Source: Bacilli bacterium
GTDB lineage: Bacteria > Bacillota_I > Bacilli_A > RFN20 > CAG-826
Direction: 5' to 3'
Assembly: GCA_050874705.1 (NCBI GenBank)
Contig: JBNMLE010000002.1
Location: 1 to 55,416, forward strand
DNA length: 55,416 nucleotides
The translations under genes were made by a program, and so were the position numbers. Below, piece by piece: positions 1 to 10,599 of the stretch. Positions within the stretch are counted from its first letter, which is position 1; every line of letters starts with the position of its first letter. A model generated the notes under the pieces. The model did no database searches. It saw only the letters and a list, made by a program, of their open reading frames with translations, and was not told where the DNA came from.

Positions 1-178
1 ACTTTACTCTATATGTCTCACCATATTCATTTGGCTCCCTAGAATTACGTTTTATCTCTCCAGATACAGAACTGGGCGATCTTCCTATTTCTTTTGCTAT
101 CTGACGAATTGAAATGCCTTGAGCAAGTAGATGTTTAATACTAATTCTTTCTTCTATGGTAAAATGTGAATAGCTCAT
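1..178 (-). mobile_element. IS30-family transposase, N-terminal HTH part only (gene runs off the left edge of the window)
   Basis: My translation of the minus strand from the ATG at 178 gives MSYSHFTIEERISIKHLLAQGISIRQIAKEIGRSPSSVSGEIKRNSREPNEYGETYRVK. This is the typical IS30 transposase N-terminal helix-turn-helix (..EER..I..L...G.S.R.IA..LGRSPST.SRE..RN). AGGAGG lies 7 nt upstream of the ATG. Confidence 0.75.
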
Positions 179-287
179 AAAGAACCTCCTGGAGATAAGT
201 GTCGCAACTATATCTTACACCAGGATTGATATGAGCCTTTATTTTTGTCTAGAAGTGTTGCACTTGAACGGTAAATTCACCTGTATT

Positions 288-311
288 AAAAAAGAGCCAC
301 AAGCGTGGCTC
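288..311 (-). terminator. Rho-independent terminator of the rpsF-ssb-rpsR operon
   Basis: Hairpin GAGCCAC-AAGC-GTGGCTC (294-311), followed on the minus strand by a T-run (A-run 288-293 on plus). It sits 15 nt downstream of the rpsR stop. Confidence 0.8.
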
Positions 312-325
312 TAATTAAGAATAAA

Positions 326-553
326 TTAGTCTTGAATGTAAGGTAATAAGCCCATATAACGAGCATTCTTAATTGCTTTGGCTAATTCTCTTTGATATTT
401 AGCACATGTGCCAGTTGCGTGGCGTGAAGCAATTTTACCATTTGGAGTGATGAATTTGCTAAGAAGTTCAACATCCTTGTAATCGATATATTTGACTTTA
501 TTTTTTGTGAAATAACATACCTTTTTATGTGGTCTAATTTTCTTGTATCCCAT
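326..553 (-). CDS. rpsR: 30S ribosomal protein S18
   Basis: 75 aa, with a ...[23 protein letters not shown]...GKI..R..TG.C.KYQR.L..AIK.AR.M.LLPY signature. Last gene of the rpsF-ssb-rpsR arrangement. Confidence 0.95.
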   Translation of the reverse strand: MGYKKIRPHKKVCYFTKNKVKYIDYKDVELLSKFITPNGKIASRHATGTCAKYQRELAKAIKNARYMGLLPYIQD

Positions 554-567
554 ATTAGTTATCCTTT

Positions 568-990
568 CTAGAATGGAAGGTCGTCATCAGTTACATCTAT
601 AGTATCAAGATTCTTATTTTCATCATGAGCTGGTTCATCAAGAGGAATTTCTTCATTAGGAATTTCTTTTGATTTTGGTTCAAGGAATGTAATTGAATCA
701 GCGATTACTTCGATAACTGAGGCTTTTGTTCCATCTCTTCTTTCATATGTGCGTTGACGGATTCTTCCATCAACACCCACGAGTGAGCCTTTACGGCAGA
801 ATTTTGCAACGTTATCTGCTTGTTGATTCCAAACAGTAACTCCAATAAATGTTGTGGTTTTTTGACCGTTTGCGTCTTTCATGCGATCATCCACTGCAAG
901 AGTAAATGATGCAACAGAAGTGTCGGAATTTGTTCTTCTGAGTTCTGGATCACGTGTTAAACGTCCAACTAGAACAATTCGATTCATCAT
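568..990 (-). CDS. ssb: Single-stranded DNA-binding protein
   Basis: 140 aa with an OB-fold N-terminus ([17 protein letters not shown]) and an acidic C-terminal tip (DDDLPF). Lies between rpsF and rpsR. Confidence 0.95.
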   Translation of the reverse strand: MMNRIVLVGRLTRDPELRRTNSDTSVASFTLAVDDRMKDANGQKTTTFIGVTVWNQQADNVAKFCRKGSLVGVDGRIRQRTYERRDGTKASVIEVIADSITFLEPKSKEIPNEEIPLDEPAHDENKNLDTIDVTDDDLPF

Positions 991-1006
991 AAGTGAATAC
1001 CTCCTA

Positions 1007-1294
1007 TTAGTCTTTATCGACCATGATTAGATGACGAACAACATTTTGGTCGATTTTGGCTAAACGAACAAATTCTTTTAATGCTGCATTTTCTGCTGTC
1101 ACTTTGATAACAACATAGTAGCCTTTTAGCATATCATCGATTGGATATGCGAAGTTGCGTAAGCCCCATTCATTGACATTGGTGATTTTTGCACCATTGT
1201 TTGAAAGAATGGCGTGAAGTTTTTCGATTTCAGCTTTGCGGGCTTCTTCATCGAGATCAGCTTTCACAATGTACATGATTTCGTACTTTTTCAT
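1007..1294 (-). CDS. rpsF: 30S ribosomal protein S6
   Basis: 95 aa starting MKKYEIMYIV. GGGAGG RBS upstream. First gene of the S6-SSB-S18 operon. Confidence 0.95.
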   Translation of the reverse strand: MKKYEIMYIVKADLDEEARKAEIEKLHAILSNNGAKITNVNEWGLRNFAYPIDDMLKGYYVVIKVTAENAALKEFVRLAKIDQNVVRHLIMVDKD

Positions 1295-1372
1295 ATAGGC
1301 ACCTCCCTTTGGTCTTCTGGCTGTTATTTGCTAACAGCAGAGAGAAACGCGATTTCTCGCGTATGCATTATA
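1295..1372 (-). promoter_or_regulatory. rpsF promoter -10 element plus a structured ~70 nt 5' leader (possible S6:S18 autoregulatory leader)
   Basis: On the minus strand there is a TATAAT at 1372-1367. The leader then contains CGCGA-GAAA-TCGCG (a GNRA-looped hairpin) and CTGTTA-GCAAA-TAACAG hairpins ahead of the GGGAGG RBS. Confidence 0.35.
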
Positions 1373-1496
1373 TATTAATAAGCATGTTCGTTCAAGTTTT
1401 TTATGGCGTTGCTCATCATATATATGGAATACAATTCTCAATATCTTATAGTCAGCAAAAACAAAAAATATTCAATTTTTAAATATGTTGTCGATT

Positions 1497-4328
1497 TTAA
1501 TTAAGCAAAGATAATAAATCTCGCTTCCTAAATTTAACAATAGGAATTATCAAACATAACGCTGACAAAACTAGTGAACATCCTAAAGAAATTAAAAGTA
1601 ACAACGGATTAATAAATATGAAAGAAGCATTAATACCAAAAAGTGATCCTAAATAGGAATTTCCAAATGAATTAATAATAATTACAAATATGATTGAAAA
1701 TATAAATGCAATAAAACAAGCGGTTAATGGAATAGTCGCTAAAGGAACAATGGATTTTAATTTGTCATATCCAAAGCATCTAACAAGAGATAGATTCTTT
1801 TCTTCATTCTTTTCAACTGATATAAGGAAGAAAAATAACAAGAATATACTTACGACTACAAGTATAGCGGCAAATAAAAGCGAAAAATCTGATGCAGTTA
1901 TTATGTAATCCTTTTTAGAAGTCATAAAATAATCAGCAGCATTATTTTTGCTAAAAGTGAATTTTTCGTTTTCAATGGATTTTACAGTTTCAATCGCCTT
2001 TTTTATTAAAGAAACGCTATTCAAACCAGAAATAATAACGTTTTCAACACATGTTGTTTGCCCGTAATCTTCAAGTATCTCATCATATTGTTTTTGTTTT
2101 GCATGGAGCATATATGAAGAGTTAGATGTGATTGACATGTAATTATTTCTTTCAAAATTTATATAACCGATTTTAAAACTTTTGTGATAATTGTCATCAT
2201 TCGTGTATAAAGTGAAATCTATATCATTTAATACGCTACGTATGTCATTTTTTATTCCATTTAGAAAATCTTGTTCTATTACTTTTCCTTTTTGTTCGTA
2301 CAATCCACTTACTTCATATTCGGTTCCTGGAAAAAGCTTGTATTTAATTAAAAGCATAAGATAGAAAGTTTTCAAAATGTCATTTGTTTTTTCATCATTT
2401 GAGTCAAAATTGTATTTTTCCTCAAATAATTTTTCATAAAAGAATGTAGCTTTTTCTTTCAATGAAACTAATTCTTCTCCGGTGGGTAACCCATTCTTTT
2501 TAACATATTGTTCACATGCAGTTATTGTTAAAATTGAAGGGCTGTCAGATTTATATTCGAAAACTTAGCTATAGGCAGGTTTTTGTTTAATGTTTCAATT
2601 GATGAAAAACCCATCTCCCACTGCTCACGCTTTTGATATTCAAAATTATATATTCGAGAATAATCTAAAAACATCGAAGAATTTGGAAGCGTAAAAGAAA
2701 TAGGTATTATTTTTCCAATACAATAAGCAGAAAGGCCATAAGGATTGTTTGAATCAATTTCAATAAAATTATTTTCGTTTAAAACTGAAACGTACCCTAT
2801 TCTATCATTGTTATCATCGTTTATTTTGATATAAGACACATCATTTAATTGTGTTTCTTGTTTAAAGAGAGAATAAACATCAGGCGACACATATATCAAA
2901 TTTTTAGGACTGGCTATTCCGTAACCATAATCGTAATCTCTTGAACCACCAGATAATTTGGCAGTGAAATCTGGATAATTATCTCGCGTGTCGTATTTGC
3001 TACAATCGATAATACCAACAATTTCAAAATCAGTTTGCTTAAATGTAAATTTTGGTTTTAAGAGTAAAAAACTCTCCATTGAAGTTATTTCGTCGTTTCT
3101 TATTGTCGTTCCAAAACCATATTTTTTGAACATGTCAAACATGGTTTTACTTACAAGAACTTCATTTGAAGTGTTTGGTTTTCTTCCACATATTATAGGA
3201 TAATGCTTTTCAACATATGAATCATATCTGCATAAGCTATGAATGTCTCCCCATCTTGAATCTTTTTTGTCAATACTTTTCGAATTTTTATATAATAGAT
3301 CTCTACTAGCAAGAGGCACCATAAAATTATCAATACATGGTAAAACAACAAAGTCGTCATGTTGTCTAAACGCTTCTATTTCATCTAATGTGTAAGAACT
3401 AAAAAAGTATTAAGTTTTCTCGTATGCTTTGTAAAAACAATCGAATTTTCGCCTGTTTCAACCATCATAGATTGAACCGCTCTTTCGGTATCATATTGGT
3501 GAAAAGAAAATCCAAATATTGATAAGGCAGAAGTAAGGGCTAAAAGAATAGATGCAAAAGATGATCTAAAACCATATTTCTTAAATAAAGAAACACCAAA
3601 TTTGAGCATTCTTTTAATAGAAAGAGGCTCTCTTTTTGTTTTTTCTACATTTTGATCAGTCTCTTTAAAAGCTTTTGGCTTATTAATAAGTTCACCATTT
3701 TCAAGATTTAATACAATTGGTTTAAATGGTTTTAATATTTCTGTTTCATGAGAAGAAAATATAATTAATCTGTCTTTTGATAAGTCTTTCAAAAGTGAAA
3801 ATAGATTAATTGAATTTTCTTTATCAAGCGCTCCAGTTGGTTCATCCGCTAAAATGACTCTAGCATCTTTCGCTAATGCTCTTGCTATTGAAACTCTTTG
3901 CTTTTGCCCACCTGAAAGTTCATTAATTCTTCTTTTTTCATATCCTTCTAGACCTACGAGTTTCAAACATTCGTTAGCTTTGTCATTACCAACGCTATTA
4001 GGGCAAACAAGTTTGACATTTTCTAAAACAGTTAATTCATCAAAAAGGCAATACTGTTGGAAAATAAAAGAAATTGCATCCGCTCTAAAGGTATCTAGTT
4101 CTTTTGGAGAATATGTAACTATATCTTCTTTATCAAAAAATATATTTCCAGAATCAGGTTTAAGTAGTCCACCAAGCATTCCAAGGAGAGTTTTTTTCCT
4201 AAGCCAGAATGTCCTTTTAGTTAAAAGAATCCAGCATTAGGAAATGTATATGAAAAATCTTTTAGTGCATGCACATCTTTCCCTATTTTGGTTTTATAAG
4301 TTTTATTTACATTTATTAGTTTGATCAT
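1497..4328 (-). pseudogene. MacB-like fused ABC transporter (N-terminal ATPase plus FtsX-type permease), disrupted by one nonsense codon and at least three frameshifts
   Basis: Three consecutive minus-strand ORFs (3385-4179, 2528-3322, 1497-2462) lie in different frames. Together they read ATPase (LSGGQKQR, ILADEPTGALD), then TM1, then a large extracytoplasmic domain, then C-terminal FtsX-like TM helices. The real start is the ATG at 4328 (MIKLINVNKTYKTKIGKDVHALKDFSYTFPNAGFF). An in-frame TAA follows at 4223-4221. The Walker A (GHSGLGKK/TLLGML) is split by a frameshift in an A7 run (T7 on plus, 4191-4197). Confidence 0.8.
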
Positions 4329-4471
4329 AATTAACAAAACCCACTAAAATATTGCTAGCTAATTAAACAATTAGAAATATTTCCTTCTTATTTACTTTTT
4401 TATTTTACCAAAAGTTTACTATTAGTATAAGGCTAAACTATGTATATGCCCTATAAAAGCAAAAAGATAAC

Positions 4472-4516
4472 AAAAAAGCGGAACCTGGTGAGCACTTACA
4501 GCGCTATAGGAACCGC
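4472..4516 (-). terminator. Probable lysS terminator
   Basis: Imperfect composite stem (GCGGTTCC ... GGTTCCGC with an inner AGCGC/GTGCT stem), followed on the minus strand by TTTTTT. About 20 nt downstream of the lysS stop. Confidence 0.4.
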
Positions 4517-4538
4517 ATAAATATTATATAACTATTTT

Positions 4539-6035
4539 CTATTTTTTGGAAGAATCTCTCATGCAAGGGAATAAAATAACTTCTCTAATGCTTTGTTGAT
4601 TTGTCATAAGCATTACAAATCTATCAATGCCGATGCCGATTCCACCTGCTGGAGGCATACCGTATTCAAGAGCTTCAAGGAAATCAGTATCCATTTCACT
4701 TGCCTCTTCATCTCCAAGTTTCTTTGCTTCAAGTTGAGCAATAAAACGTTCTTTTTGGTCAATTGGATCATTTAGTTCTGAATAGGCGTTGCCATATTCC
4801 ATCGCGCCGATAAATAATTCAAATCTATCAGTAAACATTGGATTGTCTTTTTCTTTTTTAGTAAGTGGAGAAACTTCAATAGGATAACTATGAACAAATG
4901 TTGGTTCTTGTAAATATGGATCGCATTTTTCTTCGAAGAATGCATTTAAAATAAATCCAACACTAGTCCAGTGTTTTTCAACTTTGATTCCATTTTCTTT
5001 TGCAAGTTGAACAGCTTTTTCAAATGTCATGTCTTTGCTTGAAAAATCAATACCTGTTGCTTCTTTAACAACATCCACCATTGTAACCCATTTAAATGGT
5101 TTTCCTAAATCAAGTGTTTTATCGCCGAATGGGATTGTTGTTGAACCAACTACTTTTCTAGCGACTTCTCTGAATAAGTTTTCGCAAAGGTGTCTCATAT
5201 CTTGTAAATCACCATATGCTTGATAAAGTTCAACGGTTGTAAATTCAGGATTGTGTTTTGTATCCATTCCTTCATTTCTGAACAAACGACCTATTTCGTA
5301 AACACCTTCCATACCGCCAACAAGAAGTTTCTTAAGTGGTAATTCAGTAGCAATTCTTAAATAGAAATCTTTGTTTAATGCATTATGATGTGTGATGAAT
5401 GGTCTAGCAGCGGCGCCACCTAAAATTGGTGAAAGAACGCTTGTTTCTACTTCCACAAAACCTTGGCTATCAAAATAGTTTTGAATAGCGCGAATGATTT
5501 TTGGTCTTGCCAAAGCAATCTTCATTGAATCATCATTCATGATTAAATCAACATAACGGTGACGATATCTTTCTTCAACATCTGTAAGACCATGATATTT
5601 TTCAGGAAGTGGTCTTAATGATTTTGTTAAATGTGTGTATTTTTCAGCGCGAATCGTCATTTCACCGGTGCGTGTTAACATAACACGTCCATAGACACCG
5701 ACGATATCACCTATATCCGCTAATTTGAACAATTTATATGCTTCTTCACCAACAACATCGATGCCGACATATACTTGAATTCTGCCAGTGACATCTTTGA
5801 TGTTCATAAATGAAGCCTTGCCCATACGACGGATAGACATGATTCTTCCAGCGACAGTCACATAAACTTTATGTTCATCTAATTCTTTATTTGTTTTTCC
5901 ATCACATTTTTCATGAACAGATTTAACTGTATCTGTTCTTTCAAATTTTTGTCCAAATGGATCAACACCTAATTCTTGATATTTTGCAAGCTTATCACGA
6001 CGAGCTTGCTCTTGGTCTGTAAATTTTTCTTCCAT
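4539..6035 (-). CDS. lysS: Lysine--tRNA ligase, class II
   Basis: 498 aa with class II motifs (FRNEGMDTKHNPEFT, GGIGIGIDRFVML) and an N-terminal OB anticodon-binding domain. Confidence 0.95.
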   Translation of the reverse strand: MEEKFTDQEQARRDKLAKYQELGVDPFGQKFERTDTVKSVHEKCDGKTNKELDEHKVYVTVAGRIMSIRRMGKASFMNIKDVTGRIQVYVGIDVVGEEAYKLFKLADIGDIVGVYGRVMLTRTGEMTIRAEKYTHLTKSLRPLPEKYHGLTDVEERYRHRYVDLIMNDDSMKIALARPKIIRAIQNYFDSQGFVEVETSVLSPILGGAAARPFITHHNALNKDFYLRIATELPLKKLLVGGMEGVYEIGRLFRNEGMDTKHNPEFTTVELYQAYGDLQDMRHLCENLFREVARKVVGSTTIPFGDKTLDLGKPFKWVTMVDVVKEATGIDFSSKDMTFEKAVQLAKENGIKVEKHWTSVGFILNAFFEEKCDPYLQEPTFVHSYPIEVSPLTKKEKDNPMFTDRFELFIGAMEYGNAYSELNDPIDQKERFIAQLEAKKLGDEEASEMDTDFLEALEYGMPPAGGIGIGIDRFVMLMTNQQSIREVILFPCMRDSSKK

Positions 6036-6151
6036 ATTAAAAACCTCGTAGAGTATTTTAGCATAATAAAATAGTCTTTATAAACAACACATTACAAAGA
6101 ATTTCATAAAAACTTCAATAAACAGCAATTAAATTGCTAAATAAATGTCTT

Positions 6152-7141
6152 TTAATCCTTCGAATTGTGACTAAAAGCAATAAACTCATCGAGCAACTTA
6201 TCAAATTGCTTTTTATCAACAAGATTAATAGCTATTTCGTTTTTAATTCTTTTTGTGTTTGGATAACCATTAAAGAATTTGGGAGCAATTCCACGAAGAA
6301 GCATCATTGCTCTATATTCCCCTTTTTCTTTAATCATTAAATCCGCTAAAAGGCGAAGATTTTTAATATTTTCTTCAAGTGTTATATTGGGCAATTTTTC
6401 ACCAGTAGTTAAATAAGTATCAATTTGTTTTACAAGAAAAGGATTTCCAACACCACCACGAGCAACCATTACTGCAGTGGCCTTAGTTATTTCCATTGCC
6501 TTAATAGCGTCATCAAGAGTGAATATATCTCCACTTATGATTAAAGGGACTTTCATTTTAGTTCCTAAGTCTTTTGCAAGTTCATATCTAGCACTTCCAC
6601 CATAACATTGAGCGGTTGTTCTAACATGAAGGGCGATTGCTGCTACGCCAGCTTTTTCTAAAGCGGCGATATTTTCCATAAAATTAATGTTTTCCTCATT
6701 CCACCCAAGTCTTATTTTCGCAGTCACTGGTTTAGGAGAATGCTTTACTAATGCAGTAAACATATCTTCTAAATATGCTGTATCTTTAAGTAATGCTGAA
6801 CCAGCGCCAGTTTTAGTAACTTTTGGAACAGGACATCCGAGATTTATATCGAATATATCAAAATTAGGATTTTCTTTTAAAACAATATCCATTGCTTGCA
6901 TAAGAGTTTCTTTATCGCTTCCAAATAATTGAATAGCAACAGGTCTATCAAGCTCACTCGTTTTAATATAATCAAATGTCATTTTATTGTTATAAGTTAG
7001 GCCATGATCTGACACCATTTCAGTGACTGAAAGACCCACTCCAAAAGGCTTCATGAATTCTCGATATGAGAGAAATGTTACTCCCGCCATTGGAGCTAAA
7101 ACAACATGCGATTTAATTATTATATTTCCTATTTTCCACAT
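6152..7141 (-). CDS. dusB: tRNA-dihydrouridine synthase
   Basis: 329 aa with LAPMAGVT and DINLGCP motifs. Has the dusB-lysS adjacency seen in Bacillus. Confidence 0.9.
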   Translation of the reverse strand: MWKIGNIIIKSHVVLAPMAGVTFLSYREFMKPFGVGLSVTEMVSDHGLTYNNKMTFDYIKTSELDRPVAIQLFGSDKETLMQAMDIVLKENPNFDIFDINLGCPVPKVTKTGAGSALLKDTAYLEDMFTALVKHSPKPVTAKIRLGWNEENINFMENIAALEKAGVAAIALHVRTTAQCYGGSARYELAKDLGTKMKVPLIISGDIFTLDDAIKAMEITKATAVMVARGGVGNPFLVKQIDTYLTTGEKLPNITLEENIKNLRLLADLMIKEKGEYRAMMLLRGIAPKFFNGYPNTKRIKNEIAINLVDKKQFDKLLDEFIAFSHNSKD

Positions 7142-7147
7142 ATGTAG

Positions 7148-7170
7148 TAAAAGGGAGGCAACGCCTCCCT
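7148..7170 (-). terminator. ftsH terminator
   Basis: GC-rich hairpin AGGGAGGC-GTT-GCCTCCCT on the minus strand followed by TTTT. It lies between the ftsH stop (7178) and the dusB start (7141). Confidence 0.6.
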
Positions 7171-7177
7171 ACTATAA

Positions 7178-9220
7178 TTATTTGTTTTCTTCTTTTGTTT
7201 CAGTTTCAACTGGTTTATCTTCTTTTATTTCAGTTGATTCAACATCAATAATTTTTTCTTCTTTATCTAATGTTCTGTGTTCAAGAAGATATGAAATTTC
7301 TTCCGCAGTAATAGTTTCGTTTTTAAGAAGTGTTTCTGCGATAAGAATTACATCATCTTTATTATCATTAATAATTTGACGTGCTTTTTCATGAGCTTCC
7401 TCAATGATTTTGCGAACTTGATTATCGATTTCATAAGCAACTTGTGTTGAGAAGTTCTTTTGAGTTGATGTGTAATCGCGTCCTAAGAATACTGAACCAG
7501 AATCTTTTTCATATTGAATAGGTCCTAATGTAGACATTCCATATTCAGTAACCATGCTTCTTGCAATGCGAGTTGCTACTTCAATATCGTTACTCGCGCC
7601 AGTTGTGACATCTTTAAAGAATATTTCTTCTGATGTTCTACCGCCAAGATACCCAACTATACGAGCTTCAAGTTCAGCTTTGCTAAGAAGGAATCTATCA
7701 TCTTCAGGAGTCATCATGACGTGACCACCTGTTCTTCCACGAGGAATAATAGTAATTTTTTGAACTTTATCGCTATGTGGAAGTTTAAGTCCAATAATTG
7801 CGTGACCTGCTTCATGATATGCAACAGTTTTTCTTTCTTGTTCATTCATGCCTTTTGATGATTTAGCTGGGCCAGCAATACGTCTATCAATTGCTTCATC
7901 AATATCTTTTAATGAAATCATTGGCTCATTTTGTCTTACCGCTAAAATGGCAGCTTCATTAAGAATATTTGCAATATCTGCGCCTGAGAAACCAGTTGTT
8001 CTTTGCGCTAAAGCAGCAAAATCTACTTTTGGATCGATTAATTTTCCGCGTGCGTGAACTTTAAATATTTCTTCACGACCTTTTTTATCAGGAAGATTAA
8101 CTGTAATAATTCTATCGAAACGCCCTGCACGAAGAAGAGCAGGATCAAGAACATCTTCTCTATTTGTAGCGGCAATAACAATAATTCCAGAATTATCTTC
8201 GAAACCATCCATTTCGACTAATAATTGGTTAAGAGTTTGTTCTCTTTCATCGTTACCACCACCTAAACCAGCACCACGTTGACGACCAACAGCATCGATT
8301 TCATCAATGAAAATTAAGCATGGAGCGGTTTGTTTGGCTTTTCTAAACATATCTCTAACACGTCCAGCACCAACACCAACAAACATTTCAACGAAATCTG
8401 AACCAGAAATGCTATAAAATGGAACACCTGCTTCTCCCGCAACAGCTTTTGCAAGCAATGTTTTACCTGTACCAGGAGAACCAACAAGTAATATACCTTT
8501 TGGAAGTTTTGCACCATATTTAGTGAATATTTGAGGTTCTTTTAAGTATTGAACAACTTCTTGCATTTCTGCTTTTTCTTCATCGCATCCAGCAACATCT
8601 GAGAATTTGATTTTGCTTGTATCAACTTTTCTAGCGCGGCTCTTATTAAAATCCATCGCACGATTATTAGAACCATTTACTGAATTTGCAAGTCTTGAGA
8701 ATAAGAACAATGCAATGACAATTGTAACTGCTGAAATGATAATTGTTGGTCCCCATTGTTCAAACCAATTTGTTTCAAATGCATAATGATCAACATAACC
8801 AACATTTGTGGCAGCAGGATTTGCGATTTTATAATTCTCAATCGCTTTTTTAAATTCTGTTGCATATGATTTATGTTCGACATAAGACCCTGTATTAGTT
8901 TCAGCGTCAAACACATATTGATCAAAGTTATAGTTATAAACATGAGAAGAACATGTAAATGAATAACGTGCTTCTTTATTTGTAGCTTTATTTACATATA
9001 CACCTTCAACTGTAACAACAGTTTGTTTATCGTAGACTTCCGCTGTACGGATATAATTGTCATTTAACATTGTATCGACATTAGATACTGTCCAATAATC
9101 AAAATGTTTTACATTCATTGAAACCATTAAAGCGATAAAGCTTCCAATGGCTAAAATCATCAATAGATAAGGAAGTATTCTAGCAAATATGCCTCTTTTT
9201 TTGCCATTTTCATTGTTCAT
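7178..9220 (-). CDS. ftsH: ATP-dependent zinc metalloprotease FtsH
   Basis: 680 aa with two N-terminal TM helices, an AAA Walker A (GSPGTGKT) and Walker B (IIFIDEID), and the zinc motif HEAGHA. Confidence 0.97.
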   Translation of the reverse strand: MNNENGKKRGIFARILPYLLMILAIGSFIALMVSMNVKHFDYWTVSNVDTMLNDNYIRTAEVYDKQTVVTVEGVYVNKATNKEARYSFTCSSHVYNYNFDQYVFDAETNTGSYVEHKSYATEFKKAIENYKIANPAATNVGYVDHYAFETNWFEQWGPTIIISAVTIVIALFLFSRLANSVNGSNNRAMDFNKSRARKVDTSKIKFSDVAGCDEEKAEMQEVVQYLKEPQIFTKYGAKLPKGILLVGSPGTGKTLLAKAVAGEAGVPFYSISGSDFVEMFVGVGAGRVRDMFRKAKQTAPCLIFIDEIDAVGRQRGAGLGGGNDEREQTLNQLLVEMDGFEDNSGIIVIAATNREDVLDPALLRAGRFDRIITVNLPDKKGREEIFKVHARGKLIDPKVDFAALAQRTTGFSGADIANILNEAAILAVRQNEPMISLKDIDEAIDRRIAGPAKSSKGMNEQERKTVAYHEAGHAIIGLKLPHSDKVQKITIIPRGRTGGHVMMTPEDDRFLLSKAELEARIVGYLGGRTSEEIFFKDVTTGASNDIEVATRIARSMVTEYGMSTLGPIQYEKDSGSVFLGRDYTSTQKNFSTQVAYEIDNQVRKIIEEAHEKARQIINDNKDDVILIAETLLKNETITAEEISYLLEHRTLDKEEKIIDVESTEIKEDKPVETETKEENK

Positions 9221-9369
9221 TTTATAATCCTCCTTTTATATATAAGTACTGAGTATTAATTTCTTCAATATTCTATTAGAATAATACCAAAATCGACTTT
9301 TTTGTAAATGCTTAATTGCATTTAGTAAATATAATATACAATCAATTTTTTAAAATTACCTTAAAAACA

Positions 9370-10599
9370 CTAAAAAAGTTTTATTTTAAATATGCTTTTA
9401 TGGTTATCAATATATTCATCTCTATATCTCGGTATATATATTATTTTACCACTTTTATTTTTAATAACAGGCCAAACTTCTCTTAAATGATTTGGCATTT
9501 TAAAATCAATAAATAATCTTCTCACTTTTACAATATAATCATTAATTTGATATTCATCATCTTTGTTCGCTGGTTCAATTACTAATGGATAATCCGAATC
9601 ATGAATATTTCTATCTTCTCCTCCGTTAGTGAAATCTATATCAAATTCATCAAATTCATATTTACCTTTCTTCTCAATAATATAGCTATATTTCTTATAT
9701 CTATTTTTGATAAGAATTTTTCCATATTCTTGAAAATAATAAATATCATCTTTTAAATGAACGCTGATATTAGATTTATTTGAAAATAACGCTTTATATA
9801 ATTCGCTTACAAATGCTTTAGATAAAGAAATATCCAAATTTTGCTTAGATAAATAACAATAAAGGCATGTTTGAAAATCTAGAATAGATAATTTTTTCAA
9901 GTCTTCAACATATAAATATTTATCTTTTAGTAAAGGCTCTATTTTTTGTTTTTCTTTAAATATATTTTTGTTTAGTGATTCTATTTCATCGAGAAGTTTT
10001 TTTCTGTCATCTTTTGACAAATTCACAATATCGTGATGACGAATATAATTTCTTCTATAATCGTCACTGCTATTAGAAATATCTAATGAATAAGGAACAT
10101 TGTTTAGGTCGTCATAATCTTGAAGTTCTTTTTTTGTGTAATTTAATAAAGGCCTTATAACATTCATTCCTTTAATATATGAAACTTCATTTAGACCATA
10201 AAAATTAACAAAACCATTTCTTTCTTTTTGCATTAAATATGTCTCAAATAAATCGTCTTGTTGATGAGCCACTAAAAGGGAGGAAGTACTATATTTTTTC
10301 CCACATTCATTAAAGAAAGAGTAGCGGACTTCTCTTGCCCATTCTTGAAAATTTCCTTCATAAGGAATATTTGAGGTATCTAAAACACATATTTCAATAT
10401 TTTTGATTTTGCATAACTCTCTTAAATATTTTTCTTCAAGATTTGATATAGCTCTTTTGTGATAATTCACATGACATACTACAAATTTAATTTTTTCTTT
10501 TAATAGTAGATCAAATAAACACATCGAATCTGGACCAAAAGAGCACGCTAAAAGGTAGATTTGATCTTTATTCAGCTTTTTATCTAATTTAACGCTCAT
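9370..10599 (-). CDS. tilS: tRNA(Ile)-lysidine synthase
   Basis: 409 aa N-type ATP-pyrophosphatase fold. The PP-loop position reads SFGPDS instead of SGGxDS. The C-terminal TilS_C-like end reads GKIIYIPRYR. Lies between yabO and ftsH as in Bacillus. Confidence 0.8.
   Translation of the reverse strand: MSVKLDKKLNKDQIYLLACSFGPDSMCLFDLLLKEKIKFVVCHVNYHKRAISNLEEKYLRELCKIKNIEICVLDTSNIPYEGNFQEWAREVRYSFFNECGKKYSTSSLLVAHQQDDLFETYLMQKERNGFVNFYGLNEVSYIKGMNVIRPLLNYTKKELQDYDDLNNVPYSLDISNSSDDYRRNYIRHHDIVNLSKDDRKKLLDEIESLNKNIFKEKQKIEPLLKDKYLYVEDLKKLSILDFQTCLYCYLSKQNLDISLSKAFVSELYKALFSNKSNISVHLKDDIYYFQEYGKILIKNRYKKYSYIIEKKGKYEFDEFDIDFTNGGEDRNIHDSDYPLVIEPANKDDEYQINDYIVKVRRLFIDFKMPNHLREVWPVIKNKSGKIIYIPRYRDEYIDNHKSIFKIKLF

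Noticed and set aside
6036-6151. Possible T-box or riboswitch leaders for lysS (6036-6151), serS (upstream of 39755) and the P-type ATPase (41794-41868, M-box)
   Set aside because: The spacers are far too short: 116 nt, none (overlapping gene) and 75 nt. They lack the specifier/T-box or M-box conserved segments.
9305-9324. Inverted repeat TAAATGC-TTAATT-GCATTTA in the tilS-ftsH spacer
   Set aside because: It is a short AT-rich palindrome without an adjacent T-run or a recognisable operator consensus. It is expected by chance at this base composition.
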